A stretch of DNA of 64,000 nucleotides from Flavobacteriales bacterium. Lineage in GTDB: Bacteria; Bacteroidota; Bacteroidia; Flavobacteriales_D; Crocinitomicaceae. Numbering within the stretch: position 1 is the first letter of the stretch; each line of letters begins with the position of its first letter. Below are positions 40,084 to 49,163 of this stretch, in pieces. A program made the position numbers and the translations under genes. The stretch spans positions 23,667 to 87,666 of the forward strand of contig VFKM01000012.1 of the NCBI GenBank assembly GCA_009885545.1, given 5' to 3'. The notes beneath the pieces were generated by a model, which searched no databases, was not told the origin of the DNA, and worked only from the letters and a program-made list of their open reading frames with translations.

Positions 40084-40383
40084 TCATTCAATTTCCTTTT
40101 GTTTCTTTGATAATTTTTTTTGATCTTTTTTATCATCTACTTGTTTTTCTGATTCTAATGATAATTCTGCTGTTGTAGTTTCAATAGAAAAAAATCCTAG
40201 CGGAGCAGGTAAAGGCAATAAACTATCTATTTCACTTTTATCAATAGCTGTTAATAAAAGATTATCGTTAAGTAATGCTTGCTCAAGATCCAGTTGCGTT
40301 AAAATCGAATTATCTTCTATCCATTGCTGAACTGTTTTTCTTCTTCTATCAAGAAATTTTCTGAATTCAAACATTTGTTTCAT
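40084..40383 (-). CDS. hypothetical protein (99 aa)
   Basis: ORF track. Overlaps the 3' end of the sigma-factor gene. Confidence 0.6.
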   Translation of the reverse strand: MKQMFEFRKFLDRRRKTVQQWIEDNSILTQLDLEQALLNDNLLLTAIDKSEIDSLLPLPAPLGFFSIETTTAELSLESEKQVDDKKDQKKLSKKQKEIE

Positions 40384-41440
40384 CTTTCATATTTAATTTT
40401 TCAAATGGTTTATAGTGGCATAATATATCTGGAAGCATATCATGAACTGATTGATTTTTTATAAGATCACAAATTTCAGATTTCGTTAAAGATGGAAGTC
40501 CTATCTCTGATAAAAATGAAATAAAAAATTTAGTATATGCTGAAACTAATACATTTCTTGCTGTCGCATGATTCATTGGCCACCCATATTGATGCATGAT
40601 TTTTGCTATTGTTCTATAATCCAATCCATCTGTCATCGTAACATATTTTCCTTTTTTAGTTGTAGAAGCATATTTTTTGGCTGTGTTTTCACTTTTTGGT
40701 AAAGAATATCTAAGGAGCAGAACATTCATTTCTCTATCATCTAACGAAGTCAAAGCAGTAGCAGCAGCTTTTTTTATTTGCCAAGAATATAACGAAGGTT
40801 CCTGATCTGGAAGAACAGTGGTGGCTTTTATAACTCTTTCATCTTGTATTAAATTACCACATTCTATACCAAGCATTGCAGTATCCAAAGATATAGAACT
40901 GTAATGAACTCCTCGCATCATTGATAAACAGTGATGCATTTTATTTGTTATTCCCAATTCATCTGCGGTGAATTCACTAATGTTGTCTGTTACAGTTTTG
41001 CCAAGTGACTTTAACTGAGTACTGCTTTTACAGAATTGATTAAGAATGTGAGAAGGAACATGCGTTAAATGCTTGTTAACTTTCAAATAATTTATAATAG
41101 ATTGTTTTATCCACCAACTTGAATAAGTTGAGAATCTAAAACCCATACTCGGCTCAAACTTGTCAATAGCCTCTAATAATCCTAACATGCCCTCTTGAAA
41201 TAAATCATCTTTATTTGACTCAGTTACTTGTTTTGAATATGATCGATCTATAATATAAGACACTAGTTTTGCATTACTGGTAGCAATTTTATTCTTTAAT
41301 ACATTGTTGCTATCTATAAGTTTTTTCTCTGGTCCTATAGAATAAATTCTACTATTAGCATATTCAATAAAAAGAGCATCTTGATTATACTCTTTATTAA
41401 TTGTTGTTTTTGTATGCTGTTTTCCTATTTCCTGTTTCAT
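40367..41440 (-). CDS. sigma-70-family RNA polymerase sigma factor (357 aa)
   Basis: - Region 2: DLFQEGMLGLLEAIDKFEPSMGFRFSTYSSWWIKQSIINYL.
- Region 4-like: LDDREMNVLLLRY ... YRTIAKIM. Confidence 0.8.
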   Translation of the reverse strand: MKQEIGKQHTKTTINKEYNQDALFIEYANSRIYSIGPEKKLIDSNNVLKNKIATSNAKLVSYIIDRSYSKQVTESNKDDLFQEGMLGLLEAIDKFEPSMGFRFSTYSSWWIKQSIINYLKVNKHLTHVPSHILNQFCKSSTQLKSLGKTVTDNISEFTADELGITNKMHHCLSMMRGVHYSSISLDTAMLGIECGNLIQDERVIKATTVLPDQEPSLYSWQIKKAAATALTSLDDREMNVLLLRYSLPKSENTAKKYASTTKKGKYVTMTDGLDYRTIAKIMHQYGWPMNHATARNVLVSAYTKFFISFLSEIGLPSLTKSEICDLIKNQSVHDMLPDILCHYKPFEKLNMKDETNV

Positions 41441-41511
41441 CTATTACCAATCTTTCGGATTTGATTCCAAAATAAGAATAATACATTTATTAATCATAAC
41501 AAACAGTTTTT

Positions 41512-41982
41512 TTAATTTTCTTCATCATCAATAAATGGAAGAATTTTTTCTTTAATTTCTTTGGTTGTTTGTCTCACAACAACCCAATTCATATAGGAAG
41601 CTAGTTGTTTAGCTTTTAAGAATTGATAGGATGGACCTAGAGACCATCCTTGCTTTACAGCAAGTCTTTCACCCTCATGCCAAGCAAGAACTTCTTCTTC
41701 AACCATCAAAACTTTATAAGCTAATGTTGAATGTTTTTTTTGATTATTATAACGTTGAAAATACTCTTCGTAATTTGGCCTAAGAAATAATCTGGTATGA
41801 CCTATTTCATGAAGAAGAATATAAAATCTATGTTCTAATTTCCTTCTTCGTGAAATAAAAATCGTACTAGTTTCTGGATCTGCTAGTTCTTCATCTTTTT
41901 TTTGACAATAAACAATAGACCAACAATTAGAGTTACACCATTGTATGGCTTCATTTAATTGATAATTCCAATCAATATTCAT
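41512..41982 (-). CDS. ImmA/IrrE-like zinc metallopeptidase (156 aa)
   Basis: HExxH motif LLHEIGHT in a small helical protein. Confidence 0.55.
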   Translation of the reverse strand: MNIDWNYQLNEAIQWCNSNCWSIVYCQKKDEELADPETSTIFISRRRKLEHRFYILLHEIGHTRLFLRPNYEEYFQRYNNQKKHSTLAYKVLMVEEEVLAWHEGERLAVKQGWSLGPSYQFLKAKQLASYMNWVVVRQTTKEIKEKILPFIDDEEN

Positions 41983-42025
41983 TGGTTGCCATTAGTATAT
42001 ACTGAATAATAAAGAATTTTTCAGA

Positions 42026-42292
42026 TTAAAGAACAGTTGCTCCCATACAACGCTTGATTTTTTGTTTTACCTCAAATGATGGTTCAAAACAATTAAAATT
42101 AAACATACGAGTTAGTCCACATCCCTCGGATAAGTAAGCCTCATGGGTAAAACCATCCCAAACAGGTTCAATAACTCCATATTGTTTTAATAAATCTTTT
42201 ACTGATTCAAGATAAAATGGTGCTCCATAAGAACTAATTGAATGATCCCTGACATGAACCATAATCGAACATCTGTTAACTGTGTTTGACAT
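42026..42292 (-). CDS. hypothetical protein (88 aa)
   Basis: ORF track. Has an AAGAGGAAA SD. Confidence 0.6.
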   Translation of the reverse strand: MSNTVNRCSIMVHVRDHSISSYGAPFYLESVKDLLKQYGVIEPVWDGFTHEAYLSEGCGLTRMFNFNCFEPSFEVKQKIKRCMGATVL

Positions 42293-42373
42293 TTAATTTC
42301 CTCTTATTGATAAGATGGCAGGATAATATTTTCGTTTAAATTGATTTCAGGATAATTAATCTCTTTAAATATT

Positions 42374-42402
42374 TTGTTTGATTTTTTTGGTTGTTATATA
42401 AT
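42374..42402 (+). promoter_or_regulatory. sigma70-like promoter, short leader
   Basis: -35 TTGTTT 42374-42379, N17, -10 TATAAT 42397-42402, N10, ATG 42413. Confidence 0.45.
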
Positions 42403-42412
42403 AGATCATATT

Positions 42413-42976
42413 ATGGTGACAATTGCTTTTGATATGGATAATGTATTGTGTAACTGGGAACAAGGATTTATTGATGCTTGGATGAAAGATCCTGTCCAAA
42501 AACTTAAACCCTATATCAAAATTGAAGATAGGAACACCTTCTATGCCTCAGATCAATATACCGATCTAAAAGATCAAGTCTTTGCTAAAAAAGCTCCAAG
42601 GCAACCAGGATTTTATGAGAATTTACTTCCAATGGATGGAGCAGTAAATGGAATGCGAGAAATAATAAAACTACCAAATGTTGAAATTATTATTCTAACA
42701 TCTCCAATGTCTAACCACCCAACATGTGCTCAAGAAAAACTATCTTGGATTAAAACTCATTTTGGAAGATATTTGGTAGATAAAGTTATAATAGCGAAAG
42801 ATAAAACAAGGATAAAAGCAAATTTTCTTATTGACGATAAACCAATTATTACAGGATCAGAGAAACCAGAATGGGAACATATTATGTTTGATATGCCATA
42901 TAATAGGCAGATGCCAAATAAAAGAATGACTTGGGTAAACTGTTCTAGTTTATTAAACAAATTATTATTTAGTTAA
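42413..42976 (+). CDS. 5'(3')-deoxyribonucleotidase (NT5C/HAD family)
   Basis: HAD motif I FDMDNVLC at the N terminus; about 187 aa. Start trimmed to the ATG. Confidence 0.65.
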   Translation: MVTIAFDMDNVLCNWEQGFIDAWMKDPVQKLKPYIKIEDRNTFYASDQYTDLKDQVFAKKAPRQPGFYENLLPMDGAVNGMREIIKLPNVEIIILTSPMSNHPTCAQEKLSWIKTHFGRYLVDKVIIAKDKTRIKANFLIDDKPIITGSEKPEWEHIMFDMPYNRQMPNKRMTWVNCSSLLNKLLFS

Positions 42977-43100
42977 AGAAATAGGAAACAATGTACCAAC
43001 TTATTAAGCAGACCATAAAACAAAAGATTTTATATATTTCAACACAGAAGAAGAAGCATTGTTTTATACCATAGGATTAATTTTACATGAGCAATCCAAT

Positions 43101-43292
43101 ATGAATACAAAACATAACAATAAAGTTCTAAGCTTAATAAGAACAAAATTTTTTAAGGAAGCTATAACAGAATGGAATAATGATTATAATGCTTTATCTG
43201 TGCGATTTCTAATACGGGAATACCAGAAGCCTAAAATTGCATCCGAACAAACTTTAGTTACATGGGCTGAAAATATTATGGAAGGATTCTAA
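43101..43292 (+). CDS. hypothetical protein (63 aa)
   Basis: Start trimmed to ATG 43101. Confidence 0.5.
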   Translation: MNTKHNNKVLSLIRTKFFKEAITEWNNDYNALSVRFLIREYQKPKIASEQTLVTWAENIMEGF

Positions 43293-43293
43293 A

Positions 43294-43617
43294 ATGTTAG
43301 AAAGAAGAAAATCATTTTCTGTTGTAGAAAAATTGATTGGAATATCAATAGTTTTGATAATATTTGCCACATTATTAGTGGCGTCAGTCGGTAAAGGAGT
43401 CGCTTTTGACTCAAGACAATCTGCAAGAAGCTGGGCATCACAAATGTATCCAAATGAAAGAACTACATCAGTAATGTGTCAAACTTTTGATACAGATGGA
43501 GATGGATATCTTTCTTGCTCAATTAGAATTAACGAATATCAACCAATCGCACTTGATTGTCCAGTTATCATGTCGTTTAATAAAGAATGCAGAATGTCAC
43601 GAACAACTAACCGATAG
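43294..43617 (+). CDS. pilin-like (class III signal-like) small secreted or membrane protein
   Basis: N terminus RRKSFSVVEKLIGISIVLIIFATLL resembles the prepilin motif (K/R)G-F(T/S)L(I/V)E plus a hydrophobic helix. Also has a DTDGDGYLSC Ca-binding-like loop. Confidence 0.45.
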   Translation: MLERRKSFSVVEKLIGISIVLIIFATLLVASVGKGVAFDSRQSARSWASQMYPNERTTSVMCQTFDTDGDGYLSCSIRINEYQPIALDCPVIMSFNKECRMSRTTNR

Positions 43618-44511
43618 AGATGAAGCATTGCTTCCCTCTAGCATTTTATCAATAATTTTGATATAATTTACTCCATAGTTGCTATTCTCCATTTGATGAA
43701 TTAAATAATTAAAACTCGAATCTTTTGGAGTAATATCATCTTTTATATCTTTACTTTGGGATGCTATGGCAGATGCTATACTAGCAACTGTATCAGTGTC
43801 GCCACCTAGTCCGATAGCTGTTTTAATGACATCAGACAATATTCCATTTGACATTATAACAGATGTTATAGCTGCCCTTACAGTAATCAAACCAAGATCA
43901 TTGGATACTTTTACTCTTTCCATCCATGGTTGATCTAATTTCAAACTGGAATCAAAATATGTTTTAATATATTCTAACATCTCATTTAAAGATGAATTTT
44001 TATATTTAAGTGCCCAACAACAAACAAGAACGCATCTAGCTGCCTCAATAGCAGTCCCTTCATGAGTAATACCTGAAACAATTTCATTGATCCTGAATAA
44101 CTCATCGAGATTATCTGTAAGATACACTAATGGTGCAATTCTCATTGCAGCACCATTTTTATCAGTTCTACCATGCTCATTAATCCTAGAAAGGAGTTCT
44201 GATCCATTTCTTACTTCCTCTAAAAGAGTTTGTAAGCCTCTACTATAACCTTTTCTTGGATCTCTTTTAAATCCGGAAACAAATCTGTTCGCAACATCTA
44301 GCTCCGTGAATACAAATGATCCCATACGAGCATCAATAACCATTTCAGCAATTATTAATGACATCTGTGTGTCATCACTATACATTCCTGGTTTAAGACC
44401 AGTATGTATAGGATGTTGATAAAATCCTAAATCATTGGGAGGAGCATTTAAACCAGATGTATATTCATGACCAACACCGATACTATCACCAATTTCAATT
44501 TGTAATAACAT
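43597..44511 (-). CDS. ADP-ribosylglycohydrolase family protein
   Basis: N-terminal GDSIGVGHEY and C-terminal GLGGDTDTVASIASAIA, both typical of the ARH family. Confidence 0.8.
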   Translation of the reverse strand: MLLQIEIGDSIGVGHEYTSGLNAPPNDLGFYQHPIHTGLKPGMYSDDTQMSLIIAEMVIDARMGSFVFTELDVANRFVSGFKRDPRKGYSRGLQTLLEEVRNGSELLSRINEHGRTDKNGAAMRIAPLVYLTDNLDELFRINEIVSGITHEGTAIEAARCVLVCCWALKYKNSSLNEMLEYIKTYFDSSLKLDQPWMERVKVSNDLGLITVRAAITSVIMSNGILSDVIKTAIGLGGDTDTVASIASAIASQSKDIKDDITPKDSSFNYLIHQMENSNYGVNYIKIIDKMLEGSNASSLSVSCS

Positions 44512-44622
44512 TTTTATGCTCCATTAATTTCGCCATACCAAGTCCAAAATTTACTGCTGGATCCTACTACACATTTCTGAGGACATCCATAGGATTACGT
44601 ATGTAAATTTCTCAAATTATGG

Positions 44623-44838
44623 TTAGTCTAATTCATTTGAATAGATTTTGTCTATTTCATTATTTACTAATGCATTCGCTATAACCCAAGGACAGTACAA
44701 AGAGTGCTGGTTAACCATACTACAAACTGAACAACATTTTAATCCCTTCCCGACCTCAAATGTTGTATCAGAGGATGCAAGACTGTTCAACAATATTTCT
44801 ATTAAGACAGTTTTTAGGTCATGATTATCATTTTTCAT
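44623..44838 (-). CDS. hypothetical protein (71 aa)
   Basis: ORF track. Confidence 0.55.
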   Translation of the reverse strand: MKNDNHDLKTVLIEILLNSLASSDTTFEVGKGLKCCSVCSMVNQHSLYCPWVIANALVNNEIDKIYSNELD

Positions 44839-45535
44839 CGTGATTATAATAATGTATTAAACTAGATAACTTTTTTGTTTTCTCAAGGTCTAATGTGCCA
44901 AATGATTTTTCTATAGAAGAAGCAACGAAAAACACATCAACATAAGGCAATATTAGTTTAACATTTTCAATCGCCACTCCAGAGGCAACCCCTAACGGAT
45001 ATTCTCCTAATCCTTTTCTGAATGTCATTGCCTTCTCTGGATCTATAGGACAGCCAGTTTCATTTCCAGAAGTCATAACAACATCCATATGTTTTGCTGC
45101 TTCTGTTGCCAGGGATTGCCAATCCTCTTTTTTAATTATTGGATATTGATATTTGAAAGCAACTCCACCAAACCATAAACTATCTCCTCTATATTTTGAT
45201 GGCGGCAGTACAGGAAAGTTTTGTACTTTAGGATTTAATATTCCAGAACTATCAGTCCAAACAATATCTGGTTGTGCTTCAAGAGCCGTCCAATGATCCC
45301 CAAGTATATTAAGGCCAATAAATAAATCATTATAGTTTTTGCGAGTATATGGAATAATATCTTCTATAATTTCTCTTGCCGATAAATCTCCTTGATCGAT
45401 AAAAATGACACCATCAGCAGAAGCTTCATATGCCACCTTCAAAGAATGATCGATACAATCTCCAGATACGCAATGAATAACAGGGAAAAATAGTTTTTTT
45501 TTATTGTTTAATTGTTCTTTTAATTTTAATGACAT
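44828..45535 (-). CDS. TIM-barrel protein (phosphate-binding barrel, BtpA/TrpF-like)
   Basis: Alternating beta-alpha pattern. The C-terminal GVASGVAIENV...VDVFFVASSIE resembles the phosphate-binding end of ribulose-phosphate-binding barrels. Confidence 0.4.
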   Translation of the reverse strand: MSLKLKEQLNNKKKLFFPVIHCVSGDCIDHSLKVAYEASADGVIFIDQGDLSAREIIEDIIPYTRKNYNDLFIGLNILGDHWTALEAQPDIVWTDSSGILNPKVQNFPVLPPSKYRGDSLWFGGVAFKYQYPIIKKEDWQSLATEAAKHMDVVMTSGNETGCPIDPEKAMTFRKGLGEYPLGVASGVAIENVKLILPYVDVFFVASSIEKSFGTLDLEKTKKLSSLIHYYNHDEK

Positions 45536-45615
45536 TGATTTATATGATATTTGATCATTGATCGAATAACTTTAAAACTAAATTTTTGGCACAAGTTTTG
45601 CGTGACGTAAACTGG

Positions 45616-45644
45616 TTGTTGTGAACGTTATTTCGTGATACATA
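45616..45644 (+). promoter_or_regulatory. variant promoter, leaderless configuration
   Basis: -35 TTGTTG 45616-45621, N17, TGA-TACATA 45639-45644, N7, ATG 45652. Confidence 0.5.
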
Positions 45645-45651
45645 ACATCGT

Positions 45652-45849
45652 ATGACACAATTATCTTTGCAAGAAAAACTTGAACTAGAAAAAGACACAC
45701 TAATATCTGGAGGATTCAACTCCGACTCACGTTTTGAAGAATGGCACAGTATGAATTCTAATTTGCTTCATAATCTGAGTCTGATTAGATCAGATTATGG
45801 AAAAGCATTAAAACAACGCAAACATCAATTAAATGATCTCATAGGATGA
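45652..45849 (+). CDS. hypothetical protein (65 aa)
   Basis: ORF track. Confidence 0.6.
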   Translation: MTQLSLQEKLELEKDTLISGGFNSDSRFEEWHSMNSNLLHNLSLIRSDYGKALKQRKHQLNDLIG

Positions 45850-46160
45850 GATACTTTGGACCACATATTGAAAGCTCCTTACTTCCAATATCAAAAATAT
45901 CTGATGGCTGTCGTAAAGAAGTAGGTTATGCTGTAATAGAGTCATATGCAGGTTGGTCTGGATTTAAAATGTCCTACTACCATCAAGCACCTGAGTTTAA
46001 CCACAAACTATATGGAACACTTTATTTAGACTACGACAGCAATTCCTATAAATGGATTAGAAATAATGGAATTTATAGTGGATGTTCTTTTCTTAATATA
46101 GTTGATGCAGCACAACAAATTTACCATTTTATGAACTGTTTGTCAAATACACGAATTTAA
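45846..46160 (+). CDS. hypothetical protein (104 aa)
   Basis: ORF track; 4-nt overlap coupling. Confidence 0.6.
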   Translation: MRYFGPHIESSLLPISKISDGCRKEVGYAVIESYAGWSGFKMSYYHQAPEFNHKLYGTLYLDYDSNSYKWIRNNGIYSGCSFLNIVDAAQQIYHFMNCLSNTRI

Positions 46161-46188
46161 TAAATCTTCAAAAATAGTTTGGTTGGTA

Positions 46189-46395
46189 ATGCACTCAAGC
46201 CATGATTCAGTCATGGATAAAATTATTGAAACGATGGCTTGCAACTGGTCAAGAACTTTGTTGTTAACAACTGCTTTTGTTCCACCAAAGAATCAAAATC
46301 AATTATCGGAAGAGCAGAAACAATTAATGATGGTACCAGAATTTGCAATGGCTATATCAGTAGCTATCATTCCGGCAACAGTACAAATGAATTAA
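46189..46395 (+). CDS. hypothetical protein (68 aa)
   Basis: Start trimmed to the ATG. Confidence 0.5.
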   Translation: MHSSHDSVMDKIIETMACNWSRTLLLTTAFVPPKNQNQLSEEQKQLMMVPEFAMAISVAIIPATVQMN

Positions 46396-46411
46396 TTTAA
46401 AAGATATTACT

Positions 46412-46603
46412 GTGATAATTAAACATATGCATGTTAAATCTTGGAAGATTTTGGATGGTCTTCGTTGGTTTAACATACAATGCACATTATATAATAATCA
46501 AGAGATATTAATCTCATCATTTGCATCAAAAGAATCTGCACTTGATTTTGCAAAACGTGAAGGATTTCTTTTGAAAGATCAACAAGTTGTTGTGACGAAA
46601 TAA
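46412..46603 (+). CDS. hypothetical protein (63 aa)
   Basis: ORF track; GTG start. Confidence 0.5.
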   Translation: MIIKHMHVKSWKILDGLRWFNIQCTLYNNQEILISSFASKESALDFAKREGFLLKDQQVVVTK

Positions 46604-46624
46604 ATAGTGTGCCAAAATAGTGCC

Positions 46625-46915
46625 ATGTTTTTAGTCAAAGATCTTTCCAAACAAATTGCGGGATATGTAGAAACAGAGGAAGATGCATGTAAATTCATTT
46701 GCTCCTTAATAGCCAAGAAATGGACGCAAGGTAGATGGGATAATTTATCCTATTCTGATTCTCTTCGTATTGCAATCAATTCTGGAAGGTACAAACTTGC
46801 AATTCAAATTGGCGATCTCTATGATTTTATAGAAGAAATTACAGTTTTACAAGAATTAAAGAAGCCAAATCACATATTGGCATCTCCAAGAAAAAAAAGA
46901 AAGATTAATAAATGA
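46625..46915 (+). CDS. hypothetical protein (96 aa)
   Basis: Start trimmed to the ATG. Confidence 0.55.
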   Translation: MFLVKDLSKQIAGYVETEEDACKFICSLIAKKWTQGRWDNLSYSDSLRIAINSGRYKLAIQIGDLYDFIEEITVLQELKKPNHILASPRKKRKINK

Positions 46916-47673
46916 GCAAATTACAAGTAGGAAATCCGCAAGTAAATAATAAAACAAATATTCTTGATATAGAGGTGCCACTACAAATGAGGGACTCCAT
47001 TTCTACAGGAATGCCTCATGTTGATCTTTTATGTACTGGAAGCGGAATGCTTGCATCAACTGTTCTTCTCTTAACTGGCTTACCTGCTATGGGTAAAACA
47101 ACACTCGCTCTTCAGTTATCTGATTCAATTACCAAAACAGGTAATATAGCTCTTTTCAATACATGTGAAGAATCATTGTATCAGATTAGAAGAACAGTTT
47201 CTAGATTAAATCTCAAAAATGGTTTCATACCATCATATGAATCAGAAGTAGATGGCCTTATGGCAAAAGGAGATGAATTATTAGAAGAATATCCAGACAA
47301 AAAAGTTTTTTTGTTCGTAGATTCTTTGCAAACAATAGAAGTTACAAGAGAAGCAGGACAAAGAGGAAGAGGAGCTTCTTCACAGACACAGGCTGTTGAT
47401 GCTGTATGGAAATTAGCAGCATGGGCTAAAAGAACATATGGGATTGTTGTTTTAATTGGACAAGTTACTAAAGATGGAGTTTTTGCTGGAAAACAAGAAA
47501 TAAAGCATGCTATTGATTGTCATTTGCATCTATCTCAAGAAAGGGATAGAACATCACAGCATTACGGAGAAAGAATCGCTGAGATGGAAAAGAATAGATT
47601 CGGAATAGCAAATGTATTCTATCCATTTGAGATTAAATCAGATGGAGTTATTTTTCAACACTCTAAACCTTGA
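46912..47673 (+). CDS. RecA-superfamily ATPase (RadA/Sms-, Sak4- or KaiC-like core)
   Basis: Walker A GLPAMGKTT and Walker B VFLFVDSLQ; 253 aa. Confidence 0.65.
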   Translation: MSKLQVGNPQVNNKTNILDIEVPLQMRDSISTGMPHVDLLCTGSGMLASTVLLLTGLPAMGKTTLALQLSDSITKTGNIALFNTCEESLYQIRRTVSRLNLKNGFIPSYESEVDGLMAKGDELLEEYPDKKVFLFVDSLQTIEVTREAGQRGRGASSQTQAVDAVWKLAAWAKRTYGIVVLIGQVTKDGVFAGKQEIKHAIDCHLHLSQERDRTSQHYGERIAEMEKNRFGIANVFYPFEIKSDGVIFQHSKP

Positions 47674-47720
47674 TTTTCAATCAAACCAGCCTCTATAATT
47701 AAATTGTCAATCAAACTATT

Positions 47721-48128
47721 ATGCCAGATGCAACTAAACTATCATTTATTGATATTCTTAAACTTTCAAGAGGTGATTTAATCCGTGGTATATCATCTGA
47801 TCCAAACTTAAATAAAAATAAAGTTATAAAGAAAATTGATATTCTTTATGGTTCGACACCAAAAGATATTATTGTAGGAGCATTGCTTAATCCAAAAAAC
47901 TTCTCTTTATCAGATCAAAAATATATAACAACAAAATCTGATACTAGAATAATCCTGTTGCCACAAAACTACTCACCAACAATTTATTATTGGCCACATG
48001 CTTTAGTTGCATTTAAAGAAAATTGTTGTGTTGGATTGTTTATTGGAAACATAATTCGAGACTCAGAATTTGGAACAAGAATAAATATAATGACATTTAA
48101 CGGCTTAAACATTTGGTTAGAATGCTAA
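47721..48128 (+). CDS. hypothetical protein (135 aa)
   Basis: ORF track. Has a weak GxL motif, RGDLIRG. Confidence 0.6.
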   Translation: MPDATKLSFIDILKLSRGDLIRGISSDPNLNKNKVIKKIDILYGSTPKDIIVGALLNPKNFSLSDQKYITTKSDTRIILLPQNYSPTIYYWPHALVAFKENCCVGLFIGNIIRDSEFGTRINIMTFNGLNIWLEC

Positions 48129-48146
48129 CAATATTAATAACAAAAG

Positions 48147-48518
48147 ATGACTATTCCAAAAATTGTTATAAGTGATGAATACAAAGAATTATTTGAGTTA
48201 TTTGGTTTAAACATAAGTGAAGAGGAATATTCTTCTATTGAAACAGAAGAATCAAATTTCCCTCTTCGTAATAAAGATGCAAGAGAAGATAGGAATTCTA
48301 TTGAAAATTTATTATTGATAGAATCAGAGTTTTTACCAAAAACAGAATATCGTATTATACTAGAGAAATCTCTCAAATCTTCTCTCTTTAAAGAGGATTT
48401 TACACGAACATACAAACAACTTATACACAAAAAATTTAGAGATTCTAAAGTATATTGGCTGGATGAATTAAGTTGCATACTTGAAAAAATGATTCAAGAT
48501 AAATCTTTAAAACTATAA
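48147..48518 (+). CDS. hypothetical charged helical protein (123 aa)
   Basis: Preferred over the antisense Ser-rich ORF 48134..48478. Continues the plus-strand block. Confidence 0.55.
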   Translation: MTIPKIVISDEYKELFELFGLNISEEEYSSIETEESNFPLRNKDAREDRNSIENLLLIESEFLPKTEYRIILEKSLKSSLFKEDFTRTYKQLIHKKFRDSKVYWLDELSCILEKMIQDKSLKL

Positions 48519-49162
48519 AATTTTTCATAAACTTCTTGGGTTAATCCGTAATCTATTATAACTGGAATCTTCTGTCCATTTCTTTCAACAATGCCCCAAG
48601 AGCTTTTCCTAACCAGATCTTGCCATGGTAAATTATAGTTGTTGATTAAATCAGTAGCATGAGAAAAGAGATCAGTTCCAGCAATTTGATCATTTTTTCT
48701 TTTAAAAGAAGTTGTTGACCAATTCTGGATCTGTAATGCGAACTCATCAAATCTAAAACCCATTATTTCTTTAAAAATACTTGCATGCTCTGTTAAAGGT
48801 GATGCGAACTCTGCCTCTAGCCAACTTCCATTTATATCATGATCAAATACTTTGGCAATTATTTCATTTGAAAATCCATCACCAGATATGTCAATCTCAG
48901 CTTTATTTTGGGCCATTCCTTTAAGATTTCTAGCAATTTTAATAACTTTATTGGCTGGTAATTTAAATACTATTCTAGATGAACCACGACCAACTTTACC
49001 TAGTCTATTAGTAACATAACTTAATCTATTCTTTATTGAAGTGATTGACTTAAATTCATTTAAATCGAACTTAGGTTCTAATTTATTCTCTTCTTCTTCT
49101 GAAAGAAGATAAGGTTCATGGAAAGAATACACAAGAGAATTAAACAAAGAACTTTCGTTCAT
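48494..49162 (-). CDS. protein-kinase-like fold protein (222 aa)
   Basis: - Gly-rich loop GRGSSRIVF.
- VIKIAR (VAIK-like Lys).
- QDLVRKSSWG (catalytic-loop-like).
- IIDYG (DFG-like).
- Start trimmed to ATG 49160-49162. Confidence 0.4.
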   Translation of the reverse strand: MNESSLFNSLVYSFHEPYLLSEEEENKLEPKFDLNEFKSITSIKNRLSYVTNRLGKVGRGSSRIVFKLPANKVIKIARNLKGMAQNKAEIDISGDGFSNEIIAKVFDHDINGSWLEAEFASPLTEHASIFKEIMGFRFDEFALQIQNWSTTSFKRKNDQIAGTDLFSHATDLINNYNLPWQDLVRKSSWGIVERNGQKIPVIIDYGLTQEVYEKFYSFKDLS

Positions 49163-49163
49163 A

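Noticed and set aside
48134-48478. The minus-strand 114-aa ORF.
   Set aside because: Its composition is Ser/Asn-rich and low-complexity, and it is antisense to the better-looking plus-strand ORF 48147..48518 that continues the plus-strand gene block.
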